A DNA stretch of 63,439 bases, filler included, from Octopus bimaculoides (GCF_001194135.2; 5 parts of 5 records of this genome joined end to end with filler, not necessarily neighbours in it), one strand, 5' to 3'; positions 40,201-53,542 are shown, counted from the first letter of the whole stretch. Notes: generated by a model from the sequence alone, not told the origin. Numbers and translations are program-made.

Positions 40201-41410
40201 GCCGAACAATGATAACCATCATGGAAGGGGACTGGGAATATATCTGGTTTTCGCAGGGTCTCTGGTCAATTTGAATCAGCCCAAAGCATTTGACAGCGTA
40301 GATCATTGCTTCTTGTCTGCTCCTTCTCGACTTCAGAGGCTGGGTCACCACCATGTACAGCGGCAACTACTTAGAAGTCAGATTCAACCTGTTGGACACC
40401 TTCAGTATCAAACTTGGTTCACTAGAGATGCCGCCTCTTCTCGGTCTTATTCGTTTTGGCGTTGGATCCTTTGTTGTGAAAGCTGAGTTGGTAGAGAATT
40501 CATGGATATTCCGATGGATCTGGATTAGAGCAGAGCGATGGCTACATGCATACGCAGACGATGTAGCTATGATGGTGACAGAAAATTTGCCTGTAAAACC
40601 AACGGAAATTTCACTAGGAGGATACCAGGTGTATACAGGATCACGCATAAGCGAGGACAAATTGGTGGCTATGCGCAAGTCCATGTTAACCTGTGGTGAT
40701 TTATATTATCAGTCCGGTGAAAGTGATTGAATTTTGGTTCGGATCAAAGCTTCAAGTGGACAGGTGCTGAAAGGATGTCTGGAGTAATGTGACAATCTCT
40801 CATAAAAATGGTATGAGAGTATGTGTCTCTGAATTGATTGACGGAAGAAACGAATGCATACATCGCTTCGGTGGATTACTACCTCCAATCCGACCGAAGA
40901 AAACTCTCACAAGAATTGAACATTTGTTTTTCTGATTCTTATAGATGTATACAATTCTGCTAATCAAATAATCCATCTATTGTCAATACCTACTCCGTTG
41001 TTGTCTCAGGATTCGCAGGATAACGTCCTTGACGATGCGCTCGCATGTAAGAGGCGGACTGACCTGAAGAAACATTTAGATTACTGCAAAGGTACCAACG
41101 GCAACAAGGAATACAAGAGCGAACTGCAGAAAGATATGTCACTCTTTCGTGTGACTGGGCTTTCCGCAGTTCGTTTCCTTGATTGAGCTGCAATGATAAC
41201 TCAAACGTAGACAAAGATTGGGCCTTTGGCATTTTGAATGTTGCCAGGAGCTTACAATATTGTATCTTCCCGTCAAAGCCGTTAAAGAAAACAACTTGTC
41301 TTTTCCACAGAGGTTAGTGGAGGATATGAGCGACGATGACCTCGGATTGACTCTAGGCATCGACGAGAACACACTGAGTGATCTCTTTTCTGGGGACATA
41401 CAAGTCAAAG
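37300..41410 (+). mobile_element. Tx1/L1-clade LINE, near full-length but heavily decayed
   Basis: ORF1-like VTKLRITNIPPD and knuckle VVVRGRNHRCYICDKIDHMKA (~37430-37720). ORF2 pieces FKDYLDGLLRLSDRETECC, NQPKAFDSVDH, HAYADDV (RT) and LVEDMSDDDLGLTLGIDEN (post-RT). Confidence 0.75.
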
Positions 41411-41785
41411 ACTATGGGCAATTTCCAAACACTGAGGTCGATGTAATCGATTCAGTCCCACCACCCACAATCTACCCTGATTGCAAATATTTGAAATAAT
41501 AATTACTAATATTATTTCAAATTATTTTGTATCTCACCTCCCCAACATGATAGAAATTAAGTACGTTTACATTTGGATAACAAAGCCACCACGTGTGACC
41601 TCAGCCATCCAAGTACTTTAGNNNNNNNNNNNNNNNNNNNNNNNNNNNNNNNNNNNNNNNNNNNNNNNNNNNNNNNNNNNNNNNNNNNNNNNNNNNNNNN
41701 NNNNNNNNNNNNNNNNNNNNNNNNNNNNNNNNNNNNNNNNNNNNNNNNNNNNNNNNNNNNNNNNNNNNNNNNNNNNNNNNNNNNN

Positions 41786-43640
41786 CCGTTCCTAACAAGC
41801 AGTCGAATTCCATGTATGCTATGTGCTTCAGCAAGCCAATCTTTTCTATCCATTCCTTGAGCCTCTACCCTTTTGTTACTAAGTCTCCAATGACAATTGG
41901 TACGACCTCATTTTTTGTAGATCCCCAAAATCCGTTTATCAGTTTTTAGGTTCTGGTAAATGTCTACTTTATTCGTTTATTTTTCTTATTTTACGGTACT
42001 AAATGCATACTCCCCACTTAATTTAAGTTCCTCTTCTCAAACACCAACATATCTGGTCTGTTACGCTCTAGGAATATGATGCATTTGGATGAAAGAGTCC
42101 CAGATGCGTTTAACCTTATAATTCTGAGCTACTTTTTCAGATGCATGTTCGTAGCACTTTGTGTGCTGATGAAAGTCTATATTTTTTACCCATTTCCCAG
42201 TGGATGATCTTTGCAACATTTTCATGTCTCCAATATTTGTAATTTCTCTACGTGTTTGGAGCATCCATTTACTTTGTGAGTGACTCTTTCTTCTCGTTCA
42301 TCGCACAATCTGCACAATGGCGACACATTAACTCCTGTCCGACATTTTTACTATTTGTTCAGAGGATTTTATCCTGATCTGCCATGAATCCTTCCGTCTC
42401 TTTATTGAGAATTTCCTTTTTCAACCAATTTCAAGCGTCTTCTGCTACAGTATTCTTCATAAACTGAGTGTGTAAATTTTCATACAAATTTGCTTCCGTG
42501 TTTCAAGTACTTCAGCTTTTCTTTGATCTTATTTTAGTATGTTTCCATTGCTTACTGCTGCTAGCAACGCTTCAGTACTTTCGTTAATAAACTGATTGAG
42601 ATTTTACACTATCATGTTCACATAATCCCCCACACAGATCAATCCCCTTCCTCGGTTTTTACATTTCATGTACAGCTTGTTCATATCTACCCTTTTAATG
42701 CAAAGCCTTCTACATCGTCATTATTATCAGAGTTTTTCGATCCGATCAATGTCTTGTAGTTCTTCTTTGCTTCAATTCACAGGACCTCCCACATATCTCA
42801 CAATTGATACAGCCCTTGAATTCATTACTTTTACAATATTTCTAGAATTTAAGTTAAATTTCAGTATCTGCTTGATCCTTCTGAACTACTCTTTCTAAAT
42901 GGTTTCCTCCATCTCTCTGTTTTTGTTGGTATCTGATTCCAAACTTCCCAAATATTTCTACATATCACCTCTGAACTCTTCATTACCTGGTTATTTGACT
43001 GTTTAAGTCACTCACTTTGCTTTACCTTCCATCTCCTTAATATCAAAGGATACATTTACTTATACGAAATTCTATTCCTATGTCATTACTGAAAATACTT
43101 ATTACATTCACAAATGGGCTAATTTGATCTTTATTTTCCATTTAAAGTATTTAATAATCCATGTATCGCAGGCCGTAAACCGCTTCCACTACATTTCCCA
43201 AATCATATCCTGCTATAAGATCTCTCAAAACCATCGACATATGTTTTAATACCAACACAAACAAGAATGGTGAGAGATTTTCTGATCTTCACTCTACACA
43301 ATGACTTTCCTGCAAATATTAATTCCGGTTTCCAGGATGTCATACATCATTTCAACAGTCTTAGATTTCCCTAATCATCTGAGAGGCATCATTTCATAGG
43401 GCTTTAGGTAATCTAGACAGGCCACTCCTATTGCCGTTAACATTCTTCTGCAGTTNNNNNNNNNNNNNNNNNNNNNNNNNNNNNNNNNNNNNNNNNNNNN
43501 NNNNNNNNNNNNNNNNNNNNNNNNNNNNNNNNNNNNNNNNNNNNNNNNNNNNNNNNNNNNNNNNNNNNNNNNNNNNNNNTGGTTAATATGATTTTGGTTG
43601 ATATTTTGATACTTCATTATCCTTTGACACATCCATCAAG
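41786..43640 (-). mobile_element. R4/Dong-like LINE, RT through RLE end, degenerate
   Basis: NCRRMLTAIGVACLDYLKPYEMMP, LSPFLFVL, HQHTKCYEHASEKVAQNYKVKRIWD and NEVVPIVIG..LLGT, all on the minus strand. Confidence 0.75.
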
Positions 43641-43699
43641 ACAAATATGGCTTTTCCATGTGTCATCCACAGTGGAACATCATCCACTCATTCGTTACA

Positions 43700-44900
43700 G
43701 TGATGTCAGCAGTTAGTGGCCTTCATTCAATCGACAAATGCGTGCCGAACGGATTCGTCGCCTTGCACACACCTGGGACAAGCCCGTCGGACAGAACATC
43801 CATGCCTGTACAGTTTAAATCAAACCGGTAGCACCCCTCGATTTAACTGTTAAGTCAAGAATATCTGGAAATTATAAGTGGTAATGCCCGAACGAAAAGT
43901 CCCCAAGGACAGTCTAGCCACTTCATTTTCGTCGACGCCTAGTATCTCCCTAAGAACGCCGCCGCATGTCCCCGTCACTAATCCTTTATATATTGCTCCC
44001 TTTGAATATCCACCTCTCCATTGCTCGACTGGTAGAGGGCTGTGAACACCTGGCAACATTCTAGGCGGCAGGTCGCGAATTTCGAGCTTTCCTTGACCCA
44101 GGAGAGCAGCCCTGTCCCAGAGACGATCTGGGGAAAGATATGTCTGAAAAACGGAGGTCAAACACGTTCACCGTCAAGAAATCTTTGCAGGTGTCGCAAC
44201 CTCAGCAGGTATCAGCGCATCAGCAGCCACGACAGATCTAAGTCGCCACGCAGATGTACCGGCAGCAGGCTGACCACCTGACCACCTGACCATTAGAAAC
44301 AGTCCTTTTCACAAGAAAATAAGAGACATTTCAACCTAATCAAATAGTAACCGAAGAAAGGCACGACTGTCATGCGATAAATAATGACGGTAGAAATGTA
44401 GGTGATCTGCCTCACAAACGGGGCCCATGCAAGTTCACCGTCTAGTAAATAGTTGCAACTGTCGCAGCCTCAGTTCGTATCGACACATCAGCAGCCACAG
44501 TATGCCTGAGCCGTCACGCAGGGGATAATCCAGTCGATACCTGTCAGACAGCTGGAAGTTCCAGAGCAGATTTTCGAGACTTTACAGCCCTTTTACAATG
44601 TACTCGCCCTACACAGTCCTTCCTTCCGTCAAATTCTGTTTCAGTCTTTCACTGGTACTAAATGCGAGAGGGATACCTGAGGAAATCTGTCTTTCCAGCT
44701 CCTGTCGGGGCAAAAAACGGCTACCGTTCTGAAGGCGCTACCCTCGCTGTTATTCACGTCCAGTACCACCACCAACACCACCACCATACTGTCCGGGTCC
44801 AAGAAGATTGCACTCACTTTGAGTTCTAAGAATTTGAAGGACAGCACTGCTACACAGCCGCTCACACCCGACAGACCACAAGATTAGAATAACTCGTAGT
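43700..44900 (-). mobile_element. Tx1/L1-clade LINE ORF2 with a large internal deletion
   Basis: APE endonuclease piece GCVAVLSFKFLELKVSAIFLDPD..LDVNNSEGSAFRTVAV is followed almost directly by post-RT KGLVTGTCGGVLREILGVDENE and the C-terminal finger CPRCVQGDESVRHAF. Confidence 0.75.
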
Positions 44901-45916
44901 CTAAGAAAAGAAAGGAGGCTAAATCATGCTTTCCGAAATTCCTGTTTTGTTAATGGGGGCCACATCTAAAGCGACCTGCTTCAAACCTGTTCCCAGGCCA
45001 CGCACATCCACATACTCCACTTTCNNNNNNNNNNNNNNNNNNNNNNNNNNNNNNNNNNNNNNNNNNNNNNNNNNNNNNNNNNNNNNNNNNNNNNNNNNNN
45101 NNNNNNNNNNNNNNNNNNNNNNNNNNNNNNNNNNNNNNNNNNNNNNNNNNNNNNNNNNNNNNNNNNNNNNNNNNNNNNNNNNNNNNNNNNNNNNNNNNNN
45201 NNNNNNNNNNNNNNNNNNNNNNNNNNNNNNNNNNNNNNNNNNNNNNNNNNNNNNNNNNNNNNNNNNNNNNNNNNNNNNNNNNNNNNNNNNNNNNNNNNNN
45301 NNNNNNNNNNNNNNNNNNNNNNNNNNNNNNNNNNNNNNNNNNNNNNNNNNNNNNNNNNNNNNNNNNNNNNNNNNNNNNNNNNNNNNNNNNNNNNNNNNNN
45401 NNNNNNNNNNNNNNNNNNNNNNNNNNNNNNNNNNNNNNNNNNNNNNNNNNNNNNNNNNNNNNNNNNNNNNNNNNNNNNNNNNNNNNNNNNNNNNNNNNNN
45501 NNNNNNNNNNNNNNNNNNNNNNNNNNNNNNNNNNNNNNNNNNNNNNNNNNNNNNNNNNNNNNNNNNNNNNNNNNNNNNNNNNNNNNNNNNNNNNNNNNNN
45601 NNNNNNNNNNNNNNNNNNNNNNNNNNNNNNNNNNNNNNNNNNNNNNNNNNNNNNNNNNNNNNNNNNNNNNNNNNNNNNNNNNNNNNNNNNNNNNNNNNNN
45701 NNNNNNNNNNNNNNNNNNNNNNNNNNNNNNNNNNNNNNNNNNNNNNNNNNNNNNNNNNNNNNNNNNNNNNNNNNNNNNNNNNNNNNNNNNNNNNNNNNNN
45801 NNNNNNNNNNNNNNNNNNNNNNNNNNNNNNNNNNNNNNNNNNNNNNNNNNNNNNNNNNNNNNNNNNNNNNNNNNNNNNNNNNNNNNNNNNNNNNNNNNNN
45901 NNNNNNNNNNNNNNNN

Positions 45917-45976
<60 letters not shown>

Positions 45977-46254
45977 TGTGCAGCTGTGATTGATGTTCAG
46001 CTTATCTTCGACATTATTACTCATTGAAGCTATTATCTATAATTATGTTTTCCTCATTGAATTCTCAGTGAAGTCAGTTTTGTACGTTTCAATATTAAGC
46101 TGAATTTCAGCGACAAAAGAATAAATTCATCTCATGGAACAGGGGAGGGGGGCAATCTTTGTCTTTCGAAGAATCTGCAATGGGAATGAAACGACACTGA
46201 ATTTCCTGATCTTTTGTATTTTCTTCTTTTACAGATTAATCTACGTGTGGAAAT

Positions 46255-46436
46255 ATGTTCCATCAATTTAAATTGACTTTTACGTTGGTAGTCTATATGA
46301 GATTATGTTTGGAGACTCGTGCTGTTTCAGACATTTGCAGCATATGCGAATGCGATAATTCTCAGACATATATAGATTGCTCATCTCGGGGACTGACATT
46401 AGTCCCTCAACCCATTCCACCGAATGTTGAAAATCT
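46255..46436 (+). CDS. LRR protein, first coding exon (signal peptide + LRRNT cap)
   Basis: Acceptor ttttcttcttttacag ends at 46234 and ATG is at 46255. Translation MFHQFKLTFTLVVYMRLCLETRAVSDICSICECDNSQTYIDCSSRGLTLVPQPIPPNVEN(L) has a hydrophobic leader and the LRRNT pattern C-x2-C-x-C...IDCSSRGLTxVPxxIP. Donor GTAAG at 46437, phase 2. Confidence 0.9.
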
Positions 46437-47474
46437 GTAAGTATTAAGCAATTTCTACATATTTTCCACATTCAATGCTTTAAATTTTCGTTGTGTATGT
46501 TCTTAACTAATACCCTATGTTATTGACCTCAGCTTTAATAAAGCATGATGTTGTGTTGTACTAATGAGGGCAAACATGTTATCCACCACGAATTCAAGTA
46601 CACAGTTTCCCTGTACATATTAACTTTACGGAATTTATAATGTACAGTATTGCGCACAAAGATGGGATCAGACCAATATCTGAACTTTGATGATGTTATT
46701 TTATTACATCAAAACTCTTTATGGTGATATTTGCCTTGGAAGAATATACCGCGGCCCACAAACAAACTTTCGAAACGGCGGACAGAACATTACGTGGTAT
46801 TAGAAATTGGAATTCATGATGGGAAATGTCACAGTATTATTGTCAAGAGACTTCCGGCAAATATTACTACACACACACACGCACACACACACGCACGCAC
46901 ACACACACACATANNNNNNNNNNNNNNNNNNNNNNNNNNNNNNNNNNNNNNNNNNNNNNNNNNNNNNNNNNNNNNNNNNNNNNNNNNNNNNNNNNNNNNN
47001 NNNNNNNNNNNNNNNNNNNNNNNNNNNNNNNNNNNNNNNNNNNNNNNNNNNNNNNNNNNNNNNNNNNNNNNNNNNNNNNNNNNNNNNNNNNNNNNNNNNN
47101 NNNNNNNNNNNNNNNNNNNNNNNNNNNNNNNNNNNNNNNNNNNNNNNNNNNNNNNNNNNNNNNNNNNNNNNNNNNNNNNNNNNNNNNNNNNNNNNNNNNN
47201 NNNNNNNNNNNNNNNNNNNNNNNNNNNNNNNNNNNNNNNNNNNNNNNNNNNNNNNNNNNNNNNNNNNNNNNNNNNNNNNNNNNNNNNNNNNNNNNNNNNN
47301 NNNNNNNNNNNNNNNNNNNNNNNNNNNNNNNNNNNNNNNNNNNNNNNNNNNNNNNNNNNNNNNNNNNNNNNNNNNNNNNNNNNNNNNNNNNNNNNNNNNN
47401 NNNNNNNNNNNNNNNNNNNNNTCTTCTGGAAAATGCAAAAGAGCCAACTTAATCGTAAGACATTTTAACCAAAT

Positions 47475-48810
47475 GTGATAACTGTGGGTAGAGAAGATTG
47501 CTACCTATCTTATTTGAAAAAACAAAAAACCGTTGGAAGTTGCAACGCTACGAGACAGTACATTGGACAAGGAGAGAAGAACAGATGGAAAAGAAGAAAT
47601 TTAGAATTTAGAATGGGAAGCCAATAAAATTATTTAAAACTCGATTTAAAATGGGAGAAGAGTTTTTTTTATGTATAATGGGAATTAATCTTGTATTNNN
47701 NNNNNNNTTAAACTAAGTTAGATATTATTACCAAAGTTTACTTCGATAATCACATGCAAAAGGGGTAAAAGACCGCTCTACCACAGTGGCGACGAGGAAA
47801 AACAATTTTACACAGAATGAAAAACAAGACATCCACACGGAGTGAATAAACTAATCCACGTGGAAAATTAAATACCTCGACAAAAGAGAAACAAAATTTT
47901 GGGGGATAAACTTACGAAAATCGTAAAATATGGAAGATTTGTCTGCTGAGATAGTTGAGCTGCAAAAACAGCAACAACAACAACTCAAAGAACAACGAGA
48001 ACAAGAAGTATTGCTGCATCAAATGTTACAACTAATGAAGTTGATAATCAACCCCGATAATACCTGACCATGTAGCAAATTCCATAAGCGAATTGAAATA
48101 TAAAGAAGTAACTTTCGAGGCTTACTTTCGAAGATTTGAACAATTTTTTTAAGGAGAATATCAGGATTGGGCGGACGAAATAAAAACGTGTCAAGTTTTA
48201 ATAAAACTAGCGACAGCAGAGCATGCAAATTATAGTAACTTGATATTGCCAATAAAAGCGTCCGACAGAAACTTTCCCGACACACTTGACATTTTGTGCG
48301 AAATGTTTAGTGAAAAGAGCTCAATGTTTAATACCGGGCAGAAATGTTTCAACATAGAAATGAGCGAAGGTGAAGACTTCATTACTTACAGAGGCAGAGC
48401 CATCAGAGAATGTGAGAGATTTAGGTTAGATATGCTTAATTCAAATTCTTTTAAGTGTTTGGCTTTTGCACAAGGATTGACAGATAAAAGGGATGCAGAA
48501 ATCCGATAGGATATTCTATCAAAACTGGAAATGAACCAGAATTTGACAGTGTAGGAGCTGTCGGAAGAGTGTGACAATATATTAAAATTAGTGCCGACAC
48601 GGAAGAAATTCAATGGAAAAAGTTTTTCCGCATAAGTCCAGTGCAAAAACGTCGGAAGACAAATAAAATGTTGCAGGAAAAACAGAAAAAATATCGGGAT
48701 ATAGATCCATGTGTGGAATGTGGTGGGAAGCACCTGAAAAAGTATTGTCTTTACAAAAATGCAATGTGTTTTCGCTGCAGGTTTACAGAACAAAAAATCG
48801 CACTGCAAAA
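47475..48810 (+). mobile_element. Gypsy/Ty3 LTR retrotransposon 5' part (LTR, PBS, gag) in LRR gene intron
   Basis: ..ctaccaca followed by PBS-like tggcgacgagg (47787-47797). Gag LPIKASDRNFPDTLDILCEMFSEKSSMFN..FKCLAFAQGLT..DAEIR, and zinc knuckle CVECGGKHLKKYCLYKNAMCFRC. The LTR start at 47475 is approximate. Confidence 0.82.
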
Positions 48811-49445
48811 CTAGAATGATAGGAAAATGGAACAGAGAAGAAAAAATAAATAGTTTGTCAGCAGGAAAAATCTTCTTTCTCTCTTCTCCTCTTTCCTCTT
48901 CCTCTTATTTTCATCAATTTCACAAACTACATCAGTTCTTTTTCTTCATCCAAAAACTATTCATAATCTATACCTTATTTCATATTATTTCTCTTCTAGG
49001 TCTCCTATATTGCTTCGTATATTTTTTGTAAATCGTTTACGGAAATTTTTCATTTTAACATAAATATTAGCGCCCTTAGTTGAATGTTGTTGTTGCTTTT
49101 CTTCTTTTTCTTCAATCTATTTATTCAATTTTCTTCAATCTTCAACAAAATCACCATCATCGCCAACAGAAAACATCAGAACCAACATTATCATTATCAT
49201 TTTCAGCAATATCACCCGATCATCAGCTTCATGACATCTGCGTCTTCCACCATATTTTCTTCCCTTCTGTTTCATCATCGTATTCATCACTAACCGCCCC
49301 CCCTAACATTATCAACTACGACACTATCAAGGTCATCGTGATCTTCTATTTGTCATTTCTTCCATCATTTAATTATTTACCTACAGTTTTATATTCCGTC
49401 ACCAATTTGTTCCATAAAATTTCTTAACTCAATTTTATATTCCAG

Positions 49446-49517
49446 GGACTTGAGTTATAATCAACTAAGTGAAATCGAATCAGAAACATTCCAAAATCTT
49501 TCCAGTATAAAAACTCT
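49446..49517 (+). CDS. LRR exon (72 nt, one 24-aa repeat)
   Basis: tatattccag|G...CT|gtaagt. Exactly 72 nt, phase 2-2, encoding (L)DLSYNQLSEIESETFQNLSSIKT(L), a typical LxLxxNxLxxIxxxxFxxL repeat. In frame with the LRRNT exon. Confidence 0.92.
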
Positions 49518-50323
49518 GTAAGTTGAATCACTATTACTTTATGGTATTTGATCAACGATATATTTCAAAATCTTTCATATTTTCCCAGTCTTCTTTTTAA
49601 GATCCCACACTTACTTTCTGAAGGTGTGCTTCATTTATATATATACACACACACACACACACATTTTTATTCTGATGTTTAATCTTATATCTAACACTCT
49701 GTATTTGACATATACTTGATTTTACATGATTGATATATATACTAATTCAAATTTTATAATGTATTATATAAAAATTTTAATTCTAAATATTACAAAATAT
49801 AATTTTTATTCTTAATTTTTAATTCTTAATTTTTAATCTTTAATGATTAATTGTATTGCTTATTTTTAGAGAGAAGTAAAATTAAATATATAATATTTTG
49901 AAAGAGAACCTGAAGATGTGTTGGAATAATTGTAAATCTGACGATTGTATATACATATATATAGGTATACAGTTGTGCATATCTTTATATATTGTTGTAA
50001 TCTTCCAATATTGAAACACGTGTAGTCCCTCATATTTAATAAATATAAGTATTAACTAAAGTAGGATATAATTAACGAAGTTAATCCCCGTCGTTATCAG
50101 AATATCCAGTATTAACAGCATCACCCCATGATCAGCATCATAACATCTTCGTCATGAGCATATCATCATCATCATTACCATTATCACCATCATCATCATC
50201 GAGCTCATCATGATCGTAACCCCCCTTTCATCTCTTCCATCATCTAATCGCTTAGTTATGATTATTTATATACTGTCTGAAATCTGTTCCATGAAGTTTC
50301 TTAACTCAGTTTCTTTGTTCCAG

Positions 50324-50391
50324 GGATTTCCGCGGTAATGCTATCAAAACAGTCGATGAAGAAGCCTTCCGACATTTGTCCAGCTTAAAAG
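50324..50391 (+). CDS. LRR exon (truncated by assembly gap)
   Basis: tttgttccag|G then (L)DFRGNAIKTVDEEAFRHLSSLK. Same phase as the previous exon; 68 of an expected 72 nt before the N-run at 50392. Confidence 0.87.
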
Positions 50392-51057
50392 NNNNNNNNN
50401 NNNNNNNNNNNNNNNNNNNNNNNNNNNNNNNNNNNTTAATTAATTAANNNNNNNNNNNNNNNNNNNNNNNNNNNNNNNNNNNNNNNNNNNNATATATATA
50501 TATATATATATATATACATCAGTGTCTATGTGACCATAAGCCTATTCGTGCGTGTGCCACTGCGTGATTTGTTTGGTTCGTGTCTGCATAATTCCGTAGT
50601 TCTTTTTTTTACAGTAAGAATGTATGGTCGTCGGTCAGTGTATAAACACAGACAAGGAATGATAGACAACGAGAATAACTATGCATCTTCTGCACTGTAT
50701 CCAAATATTTACTGGAATCTTTTAAGTCTTCAAACTATGCAAATCTCTAGGGTCTCATTGCAAATGTACATCCGTTGGATTTGAGCTTATATCACAAACA
50801 TAATTTACATTGAATTATCAAACTGTAATTAGATTTTAGTGTTATTTTATTTCCGGTCCCGAGAGACGCACCGTAAGCATACATGGAACAGGCTCCACCA
50901 GACTAAAAGAAGGTTGAATGAGTGTCGAGACTGGCTGAGATTGATTTTATTTTAATTTATTTTTGCTTGATGCGATTATACACATAGTATTGTGATTGTT
51001 TTCTTTGATGTATTGTAACTGAATATGAAGTAGTAAGATTTGCGTTAGTCAGCAGAA

Positions 51058-51121
<64 letters not shown>

Positions 51122-51122
51122 C

Positions 51123-51158
<36 letters not shown>

Positions 51159-51166
51159 TATGTGTG

Positions 51167-51205
<39 letters not shown>

Positions 51206-51574
51206 GAAACAATATCTCATGTGTGTCTTTGTGATGTGCAACCCATGATATGCCCCGTGTGAAAATAGCAGACAGTAATATTCAATTGTATTGTTGTGCT
51301 CACTTCATTTCCTTCAAGCAGCATATCAAGGGAGGGGAAAATTGCGAGTATGAAGTGCAAATGGCAAGCAAATGAAAATATGTTGTCGGGGGCAGCAGCT
51401 CTAACGAAATAATACATATTTAGTCTTACAAATCTATAAGGATGTTAATTATAACAATAATAATATTCTGATTTTGTTAGTATTATTCATACTTACGTAT
51501 CCACACACACACACACACACACACACCCACACACACACACACACAGACATGTATACTTGTATGTCTATATATAT

Positions 51575-51925
51575 CTTTTATCTTTTAACTGTTTCAGTCA
51601 TTAGACTGGTACCACGCTGTACCGCCGCCTTGATTAATTTATATTCGAATGTATCAAACCCAGTATATTTGTTAAGCCTGGTACTTATTCTATCGATCTA
51701 TTTTGTTGACCTGCGGAGGTGAAGCGGTGCATGGGGCAACAAACACAGACACACACACATACACACACAAAAGTATATATACATGTAACATATATATACA
51801 ACGGGCTTCTTTCAGTTTTCGTCAACGATATTCACACAGAAGGCATTGGTCTACTGGAGTCTAATATACTGAACCCGGAATCATGTGGCCAGAAGCAAAC
51901 TTCTTACCACACAGCCACGTCTGCA
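51575..51925 (-). mobile_element. SINE family A copy
   Basis: tttcagtcattagactg..ggtacttattctatcg..(CA/TA)n..gggcttctttcagtttt..cttaccacacagccac. Confidence 0.75.
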
Positions 51926-52079
51926 CCTGTACATAGTGATGATATTTCAATAGTACTATCGGTCCCATAATGATTTTTTATATTATCTTATATTACATCC
52001 ATAGTATATTACGTTATATTATTATATAAATAATTTATTGAATTGTCAACTATATCTCTCTATTTAATTTATTGTTTAC

Positions 52080-52139
<60 letters not shown>

Positions 52140-52141
<2 letters not shown>

Positions 52142-53300
52142 GGTGGAGCTCAGAATGCAACCTTCGAAATTGGTAACCGGGAATCGATATTTTGTTGTGA
52201 ATTAGTGTTGATAGAGAGGTATATAAAGAACTTTGCGGGTAAATATTTTCTTGAATCTCCGCAACGCAAATAAAAACTTTAAGAATGGCTTTTATTTGGG
52301 TCGAATTTGGGATTTCATGGATTGTAAGTCTTAACGAATGCTTCTACATATCAGCGTGCAAAACATAAAATATAGTATCCTTGAGAGGTTGCTTACCAAG
52401 TGTTAATTCAATTGACTAATATCTTGAGGTTCGGCATTGACTACAAAGAGAATGGGAGTATAATCCGCTCTCCAGTACCGCCTCAGTGGTCGTTGCGTGT
52501 AGACGTATGTCGTACATGTGTGAAGTTTTCTGCTTTGTCCCTTGACTTTAGGCGATTGTGTTAATATTAATGATCGTGTTAAATTTAGTGTTGTTTGCTT
52601 ACTCATAAGCCAATAAAGCGTCATGATATTGAATGCCCATTATGTGTACTCGTGGGATCTTAGCGAGCGAGTGTTGCCAACTTACAAAGATGTACTGAAA
52701 TGTGTTTAATTTGAGCGAGAAAAAGAAAAGAGTGTAGTTAAGAAAGATCCTTTAATTAAATAAATTGTCAAGATTGTAGCAGAAAATATTCTTCTTCTTT
52801 CGCAAAAGGCATCCATCCCTTGTGATACGACTGAGTCAGTTAAACCGAAAATCTTTAAACTTTTATCTAAAATACCAAGCATTACTAAAATCTGTGATAA
52901 ATAGAAAAAAATGTACCTTCGTTTCAAACAAAGTGTAATGTGTTTGAAAACGATGCAACCAATGATTTATTTAGCATTTCCTGTTGTAAGTGCGACTCCT
53001 TTAAAAACTGCAGTTGTAGTAGAGACAAAATGTATCACAGAGAGAATAACATTTGTTTACAGGATCAATGCTTCAAAAACCAAAAAAAAAAAAAGAAAAA
53101 AAATACGCAATCGAGAACTAAATTTATCGTATGTTTAACTAACCGTCGTATATGTCTTCCATGCAAGCATACCAAAGCAGGATTTGAAATGAGAAGGCAC
53201 ATTGACAACAAAAAACTGCAATCACCAGATACAACATTCTGAATCAGCAATTTCTGTTCAACACTAAAAAATAATTCAAAGCAAAGTTCACATCGTTGAA
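52140..53300 (+). mobile_element. hAT-superfamily (hATm-like) DNA transposon 5' fragment
   Basis: Start taggtgg. Decayed reading ECPL..LSERVLPTYKDVLKC..KDPLIK*IVKIVAENI...KASIP, and LFSISCCKCDSFKNCSCSRDK..LQDQ, recalled as the N-terminus of hATm-type transposases. Confidence 0.55.
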
Positions 53301-53324
53301 ATTTAAAGGTTTGCATTATTGCAG

Positions 53325-53542
53325 GGAAGAAGGCGGCGAGCTGCCAGAATCGTTAGCACGTCGGACAAAATGCCTAGCGTCATCTCATCCGTCTTGGTGT
53401 TCTGATTCCAAATTCCGGTGAGGTTAACTTTGCTTATCATCCTTCTGAAGGCGATAAAATTGGTAGCAATTGAGCGTTGTGGTCGATGTAATCGACTAGC
53501 TCTCTTCCCCAAATTTCAGGCCTTGTGCTTATATCAGAAACG
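53325..53542 (+). mobile_element. SINE family B copy
   Basis: aaggcggcgagctgccagaatcgttagc head. TSD attattgcag at 53315-53324 and 53543-53552. Confidence 0.85.
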
